Shown: in pieces, positions 1-14,071 of the stretch | Numbering within the stretch: position 1 is the stretch's first letter | How the letters are laid out: each line of letters opens with the position of its first letter | NCBI RefSeq assembly: GCF_006345805.1 | Contig: NW_021836152.1 | Coordinates: forward strand, 186,001-250,000 | Direction: 5' to 3' | Source of the DNA: Octopus sinensis | Taxonomy: Eukaryota | DNA: 64,000 nt | The notes under the pieces: model-generated | Told to the model about the DNA's origin: nothing | The model's input: the letters and a program-made list of their open reading frames with translations, nothing else | Database searches by the model: none | Position numbers and translations under genes: made by a program

Positions 1-67
1 GATGATGATGATGATGATGAAACACAAGTGTTATATCCATGCAATAAAATTGTTTTACACAGAAAGT

Positions 68-138
<71 letters not shown>

Positions 139-660
139 GGATCTACATACAATGGAAGCTATGCACACACTATAGAATAACACCAGAAAAAAGATGGTAT
201 AAGTACACGCCAGAAAAGGTCACAAAAATGAGAAGGCAACAATACACAGATAGAGAAATTAAGGCCAATTAGGCCAGATATAGTTGTCAAAGATCATGAA
301 GGGAAAAAATGCATTCTGATTGATGTATCAATACCAACAGATGACAACGTTTCTCTAAAAGAAATGGAGAAACTTTCAAAATACAAAGACCTGGAAACAG
401 AGGTATCTCGAAAGTGGAGTCTAAAAGCAGAACCAATTCCTCTGATAGTAGGCGAATTAGGTATGATAAAAAATATTCAGACAAATACATAGCAAAAATG
501 CCAGGACTAAATAATATATATGACATACAGAAAATAGCAGTCGTAGGCACCGCACACATCCTACGCAAAACACTTTCAATACAGTAAAAGTAAGAGCGTC
601 ACAGCAAACCAGAGCACATACCCAAGGCACACAGAGCTGTACTTGGTAGTACAGAAAAAG
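139..660 (+). mobile_element. Degenerate 3' fragment of R4/Dong-type retrotransposon, family A
   Basis: Aligns by eye to the REL region and 3' UTR of copies at 4600-5160 and 8110-8678, with many indels; flanked by (TAA)n and (GAT)n. Confidence 0.8.
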
Positions 661-780
661 CACGTGATAACAATAACACTATGATGATGATAATAATAAT
701 GATGATGACGATGATGATGATGATGATGATGATGAAACATAGGTGTTATATTCACGCAATAAAATTGTTTTACTTTCCAG

Positions 781-897
781 ACATAGACGAGTGCACAGCA
801 GACCCATGCGGGGCACAGAGGAAATGCACCAACACACCAGGATCCTACACATGTGTCTGTAATCCAGGGTTCGAGTTCAGCGGAACAACATGCATTG
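781..897 (+). CDS. Calcium-binding EGF exon 1 (type A): [39 protein letters not shown]
   Basis: ttttactttccAG acceptor ends at 780, GTaagt donor at 898; 117 nt, phase 1-1; 6 Cys, D-I-D-E-C and C-x-N-x4-Y-x-C cbEGF consensus. Confidence 0.9.
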
Positions 898-978
898 GTA
901 AGTAAAACAATAGACAACATCACGCGTATAGGTGTAACTGGTTTCAAGTTATAATAACAAAAAATAATTATAGTAATA

Positions 979-1027
<49 letters not shown>

Positions 1028-1103
1028 TAATAACCATAATAATAACAAAAATAATAATAATAATAATAATAATAAAAATAATAACCATAATAATAATAAC
1101 AAA

Positions 1104-1141
<38 letters not shown>

Positions 1142-1196
1142 TAATAACCATAATAATAACAAAAATAATAATAAATAATAATAATAATAATAATAT

Positions 1197-1288
<92 letters not shown>

Positions 1289-1311
1289 AAGAAGAAGAAG
1301 AAGAAGAAGAA

Positions 1312-4300
1312 GAATAACAATCAGGGAGGTACGTACTTTAAACTTACAACTCAAAATGTACGAAAACCTACACGTGCAAAACAATGTGACAACAGAAATG
1401 AACGGACCGGTACCCTACGAAAATGACGACCGTCAAAATAATGGGCCGGACGTTGTTCCTCATGTCCCGCAAGTAAAACCCAAAAGACATAAATGGACAC
1501 GTGAGGAATACATTTCTATCCTACACGCATACTTCACAGCTCTACACAAAAAATGAAAACACAACAACGCATACATATAAAATATGGAAAAAAAATAACA
1601 TAAATATAAACTTGGATACAGCAATGAACCCTAATAAATTAGCTAACGTACGAAGATACATTCTCAACGCAAAAAAGTATCAGAAATAGAAATAGAACAC
1701 CTAAAAGAAAAAATACACCAGGAAAATGTAGATAGAAGCCACACAACAATGCCCAATAATATAAACACTGAAACAGTAAAACACGAAGACAAACGTAACA
1801 TTCCCAACAAACACGATGTAAACAAAAAAACAACAAACCCAGACCGTAGGATGCATAATAATACACGACGAACAGCAAGCCAAAACACGGCAAATAATCA
1901 TATAAATAAGAAAGAAAGCGACACAAATCTAAAACCTGGAAACAACGAAGGGGAGCCTAATGATTATGATAATATAAAAAGTAAAATAATCAAAGAACTG
2001 AAAACCACAGAGCTCAAAATGGACCACCGACCATACCTCCCAAAAATCAAAATAGACGAAACAACAACACCAATTATAAACAGCATAAACCTAGCCGTCA
2101 CGGAACTAATAGCCACTGAAACAAAAAGCGATATCACTGAGCTAATTGACTTAGTATACGCAGCAGCCACTGCAACCACAAAAGAAGCTGGATACTCACT
2201 CAAACCCATCCAAACAAGAGTACCACCACCCAAACAAACCCTGTGGATAAATAGCATCCAAAACAAAATACAAAAAATGAGAAAAGATCTGTCAATTCTT
2301 AATGAAATCAGTAGACAATCAACGTTACTGAGCAACAAAAAGAGAACAAAAATACTCCGCAAATATAACATCACAGAAAAAGATTTACCTGAGATAAAAG
2401 ATAAGCTGAAGCAAGATATCCTTGCCAAAGCACAAAGGATCCGCCGGTACGAGAAATGCCAGCGCGTCTTTGAACAAAACAAAAAATTCAACTCCAACCC
2501 CAAAGAGTTCTACCAAGAACTTGGCAAAAATAAAATAGAAATCACTGCAGCACCAACGTCAGAAGAAGTGGAAGAATTCTGGAGAGAAATATGTTCGGCG
2601 AACGAACAACAACAAAAAAAGGAGTATTAAAACAACAAACTCAGCATCTGAGCAACTTTGGACCCCCATAACAACTGAAGAGGTCACCCAGGCACTGCAA
2701 AGACTAAGCAACTGGAAGGCACCTTGGCATGACAAGAGACCCAACTTCTGGTTGAAATATCTTACAGGAATGCACAAAAAGCTGGCTGAAAACTTTAACA
2801 ATATACTAGCAGAGCCAGAGACAATGCCTGAATGGCTCACGAAGGGGAAAACCATCTTAATTCCCAAATCAAATGAGACAGCAAAACCAGAAAACTACAG
2901 ACCAATAACCTGTCTCCCTACAATGTACAAGGCATTTACTGCAGTGATATCGCAAAGGTTGAAAAAGCACCTGGACGAAAACAATCTGTTTCCAGAAGAG
3001 CAGAAAGGATGCCGCAAAGGCTTATATGGCTGTAAAGATCAACTAATGATTAATAAAGCCATAACTGAAGACAGCCACAGAAAGAAGAAAGGCCTCAGTA
3101 TGGCCTGGATTGACTACAAAAAGGCGTTTGATAGCATCCCCCATCCATGGATCCTCGAAACACTGGCCATTAACAAAGTAGCACCAACAATTATAAAATT
3201 CATAGGGCACTCTATGAATAAATGGCAAACAGTGCTACAGCTCCAAACAAAAGAGGGACTCATGAAAACCAAAGCCATCCCCATTAGAAGAGGAATATTC
3301 CAGGGAGACACGCTCTCTCCACTCCTTTTCTGCTTGGCACTGTCACCTCTATCTGATATGCTAAATAGAACTGGATGCGGATATAAATGTTACGGCAAAA
3401 CGATCAGCCACCTTTTATATATGGATGACCTAAAACTATACGCTGCAAATGACAAACAGCTGGAAACACTATTAAAGACAGTTCATGGATTTACCAAAGA
3501 AATAGATATGAAATTTGGATTAGAAAAATGCGCCAAAGTAACCATGAAAAGAGGAAAACTAGTTAAGAGTAGCAACATCATACTAGATAAAACCAATGAA
3601 ATAAAAGAATTAGACGAAAGCCAAACTTACAAATACTTAGAAATCCATGAACTAGATAAGACACAACACACACAAATGAAAGAGAAAATAAAAAAAGAAT
3701 ATTATAGACGAGTTAGATCAATACTAAAAACAGAGCTCAATGCTAAAAACAAGATAATATGTATTAACAATTTAGCCGTCCCAGTTATAAGTTACAGCTA
3801 CAATATCTTTAACTAGACACTAAATGAACTGACCAAAAGAGATAGGAAAACAAGAAAAATAATGACAGGATCTAAGATGCATCACCCAAAATCTGACATA
3901 GAAAAACTATATATACAACGTATAGAAGGTGGTAGAAACCTTATACAGCTGGACAACTACTATAAAATAACCACCATAGGATTGCAAAAATATCTACTTC
4001 AGAAGGAAGGAAAACTGATACAAATAGCCGCAAAACACGAGCAAAACAAAAAACTGTTCTCAGTATTTAAGGAAGCTGACAAATACAAACAAGAAATCAT
4101 ACCACCTAATAAATATGAAGAAGAAGAAGAAGAAGAAGAAGAAGAAGAAGAAGAAGAAGAAGAAGAAGAAGAAGAAGAGAAGAAGAAGAAGAAGAAGAAG
4201 AAGAAGAAAAAGAAGAAGAGGAAACAACAAAATCTATAAAACAAATGAAATCCAAACTAAAAATAGAACAGCAACAAAACATGATAAAACGATGGCAAGA

Positions 4301-5160
4301 AAAGCCCCTTCATGGTAAATACCGGACTAAACTAAACGCAAAAGAAATAGACAAAGAAAAATCCCAGCAATGGTTGAGAAGCTCAGGACTCAAAGCAGAG
4401 ACAGAGGGATTTTTAGTTGCCACACAAGACCAAAGCCTCCCCACCAGAAATTACCAAAAACATGTAATGAAAAGAAATATAACAAGTAACTGCAGAATAT
4501 GTCGTGATGGACAAGAAACAATAAATCATATTATCTCTGGCTGCCCAGTCCTTGCTAAGAAGGAATATATTCACAGACATGACAGAGTTGGAACCTACAT
4601 ACACTGGAAGCTATGCCAACATTATGGAATAACAACAGAAAAAAGATGGTATAGGCACAACCCTGAAAAGGTCACAGAAAACGAAAAAGCAATCATACTC
4701 TGGGATATGCCGATACACACAGATAGAGAAATTAAGGCCAACAGACCATATATAGTTGTCAGAGATCATGAAGAAAAAAAATGTTTTCTAATTGATGTAT
4801 CAATACCGGAAGATAATAACGTGTCTCTAAAAGAAATGGAGAAACTTTCAAAATACAAAGATCTGGAAATAGAGGTAACCAGAATGTGGAATCTAAAAAC
4901 AGAAACAATTCCTACCATAGAAGGTGCATTAGGCATGATAAAAAAATATTCAGACAAATACATAACAAAAACACCAGGACTTACAAACACATATAACATA
5001 TAGAAAATTGCACTACTAGGCACTGCACACATCCTACGCAGAAGACTTTCCATACAATAACCATCAGAGCATCACAACAAATCACAGCACATACCCAAGG
5101 CACACAGAGCTGTGCTCGGTAGTGAAGTGAAAGCACGCTATAAAAATAAAACTACTGAAT
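1312..5160 (+). mobile_element. R4/Dong-type non-LTR retrotransposon family A, 5'-truncated, disrupted
   Basis: N-terminal KWTREEY...KLANVRR motif; RT motifs (NYRPITCL, DYKKAFDS, FQGDTLSP, YMDDLKL); CCHC finger CRICRDGQETINHIISGC; REL (ANRPYIVV..IDVSIP..K..KY); ends ...ctactgaat(AAT)n; frameshifts and stops. Confidence 0.92.
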
Positions 5161-5208
5161 AATGATAATAATAATAATAATAAAAATAATAACCATAATA
5201 ATAATAAC

Positions 5209-5246
<38 letters not shown>

Positions 5247-5271
5247 TAAAAATAATAATAATAATAATAAT

Positions 5272-5316
<45 letters not shown>

Positions 5317-5317
5317 A

Positions 5318-5401
<84 letters not shown>

Positions 5402-5462
5402 TTAATAATAATAATAATAATAATAATGATGATGATGATGTCGATAATGTTGATGATGATGG

Positions 5463-5508
<46 letters not shown>

Positions 5509-5689
5509 TAATGATGATGATGATTAATGATGATTTATGATTGATGATGATGATTGATTATGATTATGATGATGATGATGATGATGATTGGAGATGATTG
5601 ATGAAGATGATTGATGAGGAAGTTTGATGAGGATGATTGATGATGAAACAAGTATTATATTCACGTAATAAAATTGTTTTACTTTCCAG

Positions 5690-5806
5690 ACATTGACGAG
5701 TGCACAGTTTTCCCATGCTTGGACAATGAGGTATGCACCAACACACCAGGATCGTACATATGTGCCTGCAGTCCAGAGATCGAGTTGAACGGAATATTTT
5801 GCGTTG
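5690..5806 (+). CDS. cbEGF exon 2 (type B): [39 protein letters not shown]
   Basis: actttccAG / GTaagt, 117 nt, phase 1-1, 6 Cys. Confidence 0.85.
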
Positions 5807-5857
5807 GTAAGTAAAGCAGAATAGACATCACGTGTGTAGGTGTAACTGGTTTCGAGT

Positions 5858-5930
<73 letters not shown>

Positions 5931-6298
5931 GATAATAATCATAATGATAATGATGATAATAATAATAGATAATAATAATAATGATAATAATAATAAAAAT
6001 AATATTAATAATAATAATAATGATGATAATAATAAAAATAATAAAGATAATGATGATGAAGTCGATGATGTTCATGATGGTGATGATGATGATGAAGATG
6101 ATAATTACTGAAGATTGATGATTGATGATGATGATGATTGATGACTGATGATGATGATTGATGATTGATGATGATTGATGATGATGATTGATGAAGATGA
6201 TTGATGACGATGATGATGATGATTGATGATTGATAATGATGATTCATGATGATGAAACAAGTATTATATCCATGCAATAAAATTGTTTTACTTTCCAG

Positions 6299-6415
6299 GC
6301 ATAGACGAGTGCACAGCAGACCCATGCGGGGCACAGGGGACATGCACCAACACACCAGGATCCTACACATCTAACTGTAATCCAGGGTTCGAGTTCAGCG
6401 GAACAACATACATTG
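6299..6415 (+). CDS. cbEGF exon 3 (type A, degenerate): [39 protein letters not shown]
   Basis: Intact AG/GT and frame, but Cys4>Ser, Cys6>Tyr and first Asp>Gly. Confidence 0.7.
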
Positions 6416-6476
6416 GTAAGTAAAACAATAGACAACATCACGCGTATAGGTGTAACTGGTTTCAAGATATAATAAA

Positions 6477-6578
<102 letters not shown>

Positions 6579-6637
6579 AAGAGAAGAAGAAGAAGAAGAA
6601 GAAGAAGAAGAAGAAGAAAGAAGAAGAAGAAGAAGAA

Positions 6638-8672
6638 GACACCGGGGACGTTTAAGATGTAAGAAGGAAAATACAGAGCTTCGAAATCTATCCACAAACA
6701 TCGAAAACAAGGACACCCTATGATGCCAAAGATTTACTAACAAAGAATTGGACTATATCCGAGTAAGTAATACGAATTGAAATTTATTACTATTTTCGAA
6801 ACGAAATGATGTATTTTGACTCGATATTATCTCCACCTCTAACACAACACATGTAAACATGCGTGGAACAACACGATCATCCCCGACCTCAAACACCATG
6901 TACAAAGGAACTACGAAGAAATTAAATGCCACCGATACTATTCAACCCAAGAATAACAATCGAGCGGTACGTACATTAAACCTACAACAAAAAATGTACG
7001 AAAAACTACACGTGCGAAATAATGTGACAACAGAAATAAACGGACCGCTACCCTACGAAAATGACGACCGTCAAAATAATGGACCGGACGTTGTACCTCA
7101 TGTCCCGCAAATAAAACCCAAAAGACGTAAATGGACACGTGAGGAATACATTTCTATCTTACACGCATACTTCACAGCAATGCTCTACCCACAAAATGAA
7201 AATACAACAACACATACATATAAAATATGGAAGGAAAATAATAGAGGTATAGACTTGGATACAGCAATGAACCCTAATAAATTAGCTAACGTACGAAGAT
7301 ACATTCTCAAAGCCAAAAAAATATCAGAAATAGAAATAGAACATTTAAAAGAAAAAATACACCAAGAAAATGTAGATAGAAGCCACACAACAATGCCTAA
7401 TAATATAAACACTGAAACTGTAAAACACGAAGACAAACGCAACATTCCCAACAAACACGATGTAAACAACGAAGGGGAGCCTAATGATTATGATAATATA
7501 AAAAATAAAATAATCAAAGAACTAAAAACCACAGAGCTCAAAATGGACCACCGACCATACCTCCCAAGAATAAAAATAAACGCAATAACAACACCAATTA
7601 TAAACAACATAACTGATCCAGATAGCAGCAAAACACGAGCAAAACAAAAAACTGTTCTCAGTATTTAAGGAAGCTGACAAATACAAACAAGAAATCATAC
7701 CACCTAATAAACACAAAGAAGAAGAAGAAGATGATGAAGAAACAACAAAAGCTATAAAACAAATGAAATCCAAACTAAAAATAGAACAGCAACGAGCCAT
7801 GATAAAACGATGGCAAGAAAAGCCCCTTCATGGTAAATACTGCACTAAACTAAACGCAAAAGAAATAGACAAAGAAAAATCCCAGCAATGGTTGAGAAGC
7901 TCAGGACTCAAAGCAGAAACAGAGGGATTTTTAATTGCAGCACAAGACCAAAGCCTCCCCACCAGAAATTACCAAAAACATGTAATGAAAAGAAATATTA
8001 CAAGTAACTGCAGAATATGTGGAGATGGACAAGAAACAATAAATCATATTATCTCTAGCTGCCCAGTCCTGGCTAACAAGGAATATATTCACAGACATGA
8101 CAGAGTTGGAACCTACATACATTGGAAGCTATGCCAACATTATGGAATAATAACTGAAAAAAGATGGTATAGGCACACACCAGAAAAGGTCACAGAAAAC
8201 GAGAAAGCAACCATACTCTGGGATATGCCGATACACACAGATAGAGAAATTAAGGCCAACAGACCAGATATAGTTGTCAGAGATCATGAAGAAAAAAAAT
8301 GCTTTCTAATTGAGGTATCAATACCGGCAGATGACAACGTGTCTCTAAAAGAAATGGAGAAACTCTCAAAATACAAAGACCTGGAAATAGAGGTAACTAG
8401 AATGTGGAACCTGAAAACAGAAACAATTCCTATCATAGTAGGTGCATTAGGCATGATAAAAAAATATTCAGACAAATACATAACAAAAACACCAGGACTT
8501 ACAAACACATATAACATACAGAAAATTGCACTACTAGGCACTGCACACATCCTACGCAGAACACTTTCCATACAATAACCATCAGAGCATCACAACAAAT
8601 CACAGCACATACCCAAGGCACACAGAGCTGCGCTCGGTAGTGAAGTGAAAGCACGCTATAAAAATAAAACTA

Positions 8673-8678
<6 letters not shown>
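6638..8678 (+). mobile_element. R4/Dong family A copy with longer 5' end and about 1.9-kb internal deletion removing the RT
   Basis: ORF 6859-7668 (N-terminal domain) jumps at about 7610 to the post-RT region; ORF 7763-8578 has intact CCHC plus PD-(D/E)xK REL; same 3' UTR and (AAT)n tail. Confidence 0.92.
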
Positions 8679-8707
<29 letters not shown>

Positions 8708-8770
8708 TATGATGGTAATGTTGGTGATAATGATGATAGTGATGGTAATGGTGATGATAATAACAATAAT

Positions 8771-11700
8771 AAGCCGACAACGGCTGCTATAATGGTACGA
8801 TTATAATTGTAACGGCAATGATGACCGTCTCCCCACGAGCCAATCAAAGCTGAAAAATGATAACATTATCGTAGCACCAAAATGTTTTTGGAAACTAAAA
8901 GGAAAACTAAATCAGTATACCAAATCGCTTGTCCTATGGTTAATCTGGAAGCGCGTCCCCCAGGGAAGAGCCAGCCTGGGATCGAAAAGTCATCATCTGG
9001 CACAAACTCTTCTCCGAATACGGACATGGATGGTCACTTGAACGGGAAATCCCCCAACTCGAGCCCTCCAAGTTCACCACCACAACCACCACAGAAAGAA
9101 AAATGTAAGTGGAACAAATGGACCCGAGAAGAGTATAAAGAAGTAATATACGCTTATTACTATGCATTAGGTAGGCCATCTCAAGAGAGACACACCGCAA
9201 ACTCTTACAGTATATGGAGAACACGGAATCAAGACAGTAGGCCCTATTTGGACGAGAACAAATTAGCAAATGTGAGGAGGGATATCCTTAGAAATAACAG
9301 ACTCACAGACAGTGAAATAAGTGCGATCAAGCACGCAACGGAAAATGACATAAATATAATACACAAAGGAAATGAAGAATCAGATGAACAGTATAGCCCA
9401 CCACGACGCTTAATTGAAAGACTGCCATCTGACCAAAGTACGCAAAGGCCTGAAGATACAAGAAATTCTATTGTACCAGTTAAAGATAGCCAGGAAAACG
9501 AAAAAACAACAGTAACTGAAGATCTCGCATTTGCTGAAGAACACAGAGAGTCTATGGCAGAAATGAGGCAGAAAATCCTGAATACGCTTGAAGTTGTACC
9601 TGTTAAAGATAGCCAGGAAAACGAAAAAACAACAGTAACTGAAGATCTCGCATTTGCTGAAGAACACAGAGAGTCTATGGCAGAAATGAGGCAGAAAATC
9701 CTGAATACGCTTGAAGTTGTAAGACATACAAGTATGAATGATAGAGAACCACTTCATAAACTCTCAAATACAAACCAAAATAAAAAACAAATCCAAATTG
9801 GCAACTATGTAACAAATGAAATAATACGAGAATTAAAACCTGATTTTACTGAGTTAAATGAAATTATTTACGCTTCTGCTAGGGCAATTGAAACCAGCTG
9901 TATGCCCCCGAAAAAACAAAGAAAACAAAACCTGGGAAGAAATCAAACCTGGAGAAGTAAAATTGAAAAAGAGATTGAATTTATGAGAGGGGAAATATCA
10001 ATATTAAATGAACTAATATGTGGAAATGATGTAAGATCCAGAACAGGAAGAAAGATGAAGAGAAAATTTGGATCCTCACCAAGGAAGAACTGATATCAAT
10101 AAAAGAAACGCTGAAACAAAAAGTCCAAGCAAAAGCCCAAAGAATACGAAGATTTGAGAAGAGAAACAAGTTTTACAAGCAAAATAAGCTGTTCACATCC
10201 AATGCCAAAAAATTCTACAGAGAAATAGGGAAGGAGAAAGTAACCGTTAAAGACACCCCTCCCATGGAAGAAGTTCAAAACTTTTGGAAAAGGATTTGGA
10301 GTGACAAGAAGACGTACAACATAAATGCAGACTGGATTATACAAACTGAAGGATCCTACCAAAATTTACAACAACGAGCATGGGAAGACATCACAATAGC
10401 AGACCTAAGAAAGGCACTCACGAAGGCCCATAATTGGAAATCCCCCGGTAAAGATAGGGTGCCGAATTTCTGGCTCGCATCGCTCCCATGCGCACACGGT
10501 AAGCTAGTTCAGCTGCTCAATGGAATTATGAGAGACCCAAAGAAAACACCTGAATGGTTAGCAAGTGGCATTACTTACCTACTCCCAAAAAATAACGAAA
10601 CCAACCTTCCAAAAAACTATCGGCCTATAACCTGTCTATCCACCACGTATAAAATCCTAACATCTATCCTGGCGGAGAAAACATATGCATTCATGGAGAA
10701 GAACGATATTTTCCCCATTGAACAAAAAGGGTGCCGCCGAGGCTCTTACGGATGCAAAGATCAACTGCTAATCAATCGTATGATCCTTGAGAACTGTCAC
10801 AACAAGCGCAGAAATCTCAGCACCGCATGGATTGACTATAAAAAGGCCTTCGACAGTTTACCGCATCCATGGATCTTGAGATCGCTGGACATCTTCAAAA
10901 TTTCCCCTGTGATTTCAAACTTCCTGAAGCACAATATGCCGTTGTGGAATACATATCTCCAATTATACCACTCTAATGGAGTACTTGCCTCAGAAAATAT
11001 AAACATCAACTGTGGAATTTTTCAAGGTGACTCACTTTCACCTTTAATATTCTGCATAGCCCTAATACCCCTTACAAGTGAATTAAACAGAACAGGGTAT
11101 GGGTATAAAATTGCCAATAAAAAAATAAGCCATCTATTTTATATGGATGACTTAAAACTTTATGGTAAAGACAATAATGAACTTGAAGGCCTATTGTGCA
11201 CTGTGAAAGCATTCAGCGATGACATCGGGATGGAGTTTGGACTTGAGAAGTGTGCCAAGGTCACTTTCCAGAAAGGGAAAGTGAAGACCACAAATTCAGT
11301 CGTGTTAGATGTTGACACAGTCATAGGAGAGCTTGAGCAAGAACAAACATACAAATATTTAGGGATAAATGAAGGCTCTGGTATTCAGCATGCAAGCATG
11401 TAAGAGAAAATCAGGAAGGAATGTTATAGGAGAGTTCGTGCAGTCCTGAAATCTGAACTAAATGCACGTAACAAGGTGTTAGCTATAAATTCCTTAGCAG
11501 TTCCAGTTGTTACTTATAGCTACAATGTGTTGAACTGGAATATGAGTGAAGTAAAGAATATAGATAGAAAAATACGCAAGCTGCTGAGTTGTAATAGGAT
11601 GCACCACCCAAAGGCAGACGTAGATCGCCTTTACCTTCCCAGAGCCCAAGGAGGTCGAGGCCTGATCCAATTTGAACTAGCTTACAAAACAACCACAATT

Positions 11701-12848
11701 GGACTGGCCAAATATCTCGAAATATCGAATGACTGGATGCTAAAGCTCGTGGAAAATCACGAGAGACGAAAGAAGCTTCATTCTATCATAAAGGAAAGCA
11801 AAAGATTTGCTATTGATCTCGTGCAGGATACCCAAACTGAACAACCCGAGGGAAGTACGGCAACTATTGTTGCAAAGAAGGTGAAAATGATGGCAATGAA
11901 AAAAGCGCACGAGCAATTGGCTGATAGGTGGGAGGAGAAACCTCTGCACGGCAAATATGTGACCCACAGCAAACAAGCTGATGTTGACCAGAAGTAAACC
12001 CATCAGTGGCTACGGAGCTCAGGGCTAAAAGCAGAGAGCGAAGGTTTCATCCTGGCTGCTCAAGATCAAAGCGTATTAACCCGGAACTACCAGGCCAATG
12101 TGATGAAAAATGGAGCAGACCCAAAATGCCGATTCTGCAACGACATGATTGAAACAGTGGACCATCTAATCTCTGGATGTAAAGTCTTAGCACCAGTGGA
12201 GTATAAATTAAGACATGACAGAGTTGGCCAATATCTACACTGGCTAATAAGTCGGCATTACAATATCAAAACTGCCGACAAGTGGTATAATCACCACCCT
12301 GTAGCTGTAACTGAAGGAGAAAATGTAACCATTCTGTGGGACTTTCCAGTACATACAGACCGAACCATCAAGGCCAATAAACCAGATATTGTTATGAAAG
12401 ACCAAAACAATAAAGTTTGCTTATTGATCGACATGAGCATCCCCTGTGATCATAATATCTCAGCGAAAGAGTTTGACAAGCTCAGAAAATATAAAGACCT
12501 ACTCATTGAAATTGAGAAAATGTGGCATCTCAAGGCGGTTACAATACCAGTGATCGTAGGAGCACTAGGAATGATCAAGAAGGGAACCGAAAATTATATG
12601 AGAATGATCCCTGGCTTACCATCCCTGCAAGAAGTGCAAAAGATTGTCTTAACTGGTACATCACACATATTGAGAAGAGCATTGTCGATATGAGAACTGT
12701 TGCTGATCATGTATTTTAATTTAACTTTAAAAAAAAACTATTGAGTTTGGTTTAATGGCCTACCAATGTATACTATGAGTTTCTTTGCCCTAGGAGTCGG
12801 GAAGACACTCGGCAAGAAATGGAAGCAAATTTGAAAGAAGAAAAAATG
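8771..12848 (+). mobile_element. R4/Dong-type retrotransposon family B, near full length, pseudogenised
   Basis: ORF pieces 8882-10093, 10264-11403, 11476-11997, 12100-12693 with KWTREEY/KLANVRR, RT (YMDDLKL), CRFCNDMIETVDHLISGC, KANKPDIV REL; frameshift near 10080, stops at 11401 and 11995; (TAA)n tail. Confidence 0.93.
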
Positions 12849-13078
12849 TAATAATAATAATAATAATGATGATAATGATGTCGATGATGTTCATGATGAT
12901 AGGGATGATGATGATGATGATGATGATGATGTTAATGATGATGGGGATGATGATATGATGTTGATTGGTGATGATTGATGATTGATTCTGATGATTGGTG
13001 AATATGATTGATAATGATGATTGATGATGATGAAACATAAGTATTATATCCATGCAATAAAATTGTTTTACTTTTCAG

Positions 13079-13195
13079 ACATAGACGAGTGCACAGCAGA
13101 CCCATGCGGGCCACAGGGGACATGCACCAACACACCAGGATCCTACACATGTGTCTGTAATCCAGGGTTCGAGTTCAGCGGAACAACATGCATTG
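13079..13195 (+). CDS. cbEGF exon 4 (type A): [39 protein letters not shown]
   Basis: cttttcAG / GTaagt, 117 nt, phase 1-1. Confidence 0.9.
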
Positions 13196-13519
13196 GTAAG
13201 TAAACCAATAGACAACATCACGCGTATAGGTGTAACTGGTTTCAAGATATAATAAAAATAATAATAATAATAATAATAATAATGATGATGATGATGATGG
13301 GGATGATGATGATGATAATGATGATGATTATGATGATGATGATGGTGATGAATAATGATGATGATGATTAATGATGATTGATGATGATGATTGATTATGA
13401 TGATGATGATTATGATTGGTGATGATTGATGAAGATGATTGATGAGGAAGTTTGATGAAGATGATTGATGATGAAACATAAGTATTATATTCACGCAATA
13501 AATTTTTTTTACTTTCTAG

Positions 13520-13636
13520 ACATAGACGAGTGCACAGATGACCCATGCGTGGCACAGAGAACATGCACCAACATAGCAGGATCCTTCACATGTGCCTGCA
13601 GTCCAGGGTTCGAGTTCGACGTAGTAACTTGCGTTG
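13520..13636 (+). CDS. cbEGF exon 5 (B-type flanks): DIDECTDDPCVAQRTCTNIAGSFTCACSPGFEFDVVTCV
   Basis: actttctAG / GTaagt, 117 nt, phase 1-1. Confidence 0.88.
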
Positions 13637-13704
13637 GTAAGTAAAGCAGAATAGACATCACGTGTATAGGTGTAACTGGTTTCGAGTTATAATAATAATA
13701 ATAA

Positions 13705-13761
<57 letters not shown>

Positions 13762-13956
13762 TGATAATAATAGAAATAATAAAGATAATAATGATGTCGA
13801 TGATGTTCATGATGATGGTGATGATGATGATGATGTTGATGATGATGATTGATGATTGATGATGATGATTGAAGATGATTGATGACGATGATTGATGATG
13901 ATGATGATGATGATGATTGATGATGATGATTGATGATGATGATTGATGATGATGAT

Positions 13957-13988
<32 letters not shown>

Positions 13989-14032
13989 GATGATGATGAT
14001 TGATGATTGATGATGATGATTGATGATGATGA

Positions 14033-14071
<39 letters not shown>

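Noticed and set aside
8775-8880. HDV-like ribozyme in the Dong B 5' UTR (cgt-ctcccc-acg hairpin)
   Set aside because: Could not build P1.1 or P2; only a 3-bp hairpin. The family A and RTE 5' UTRs also gave no complete fold by eye
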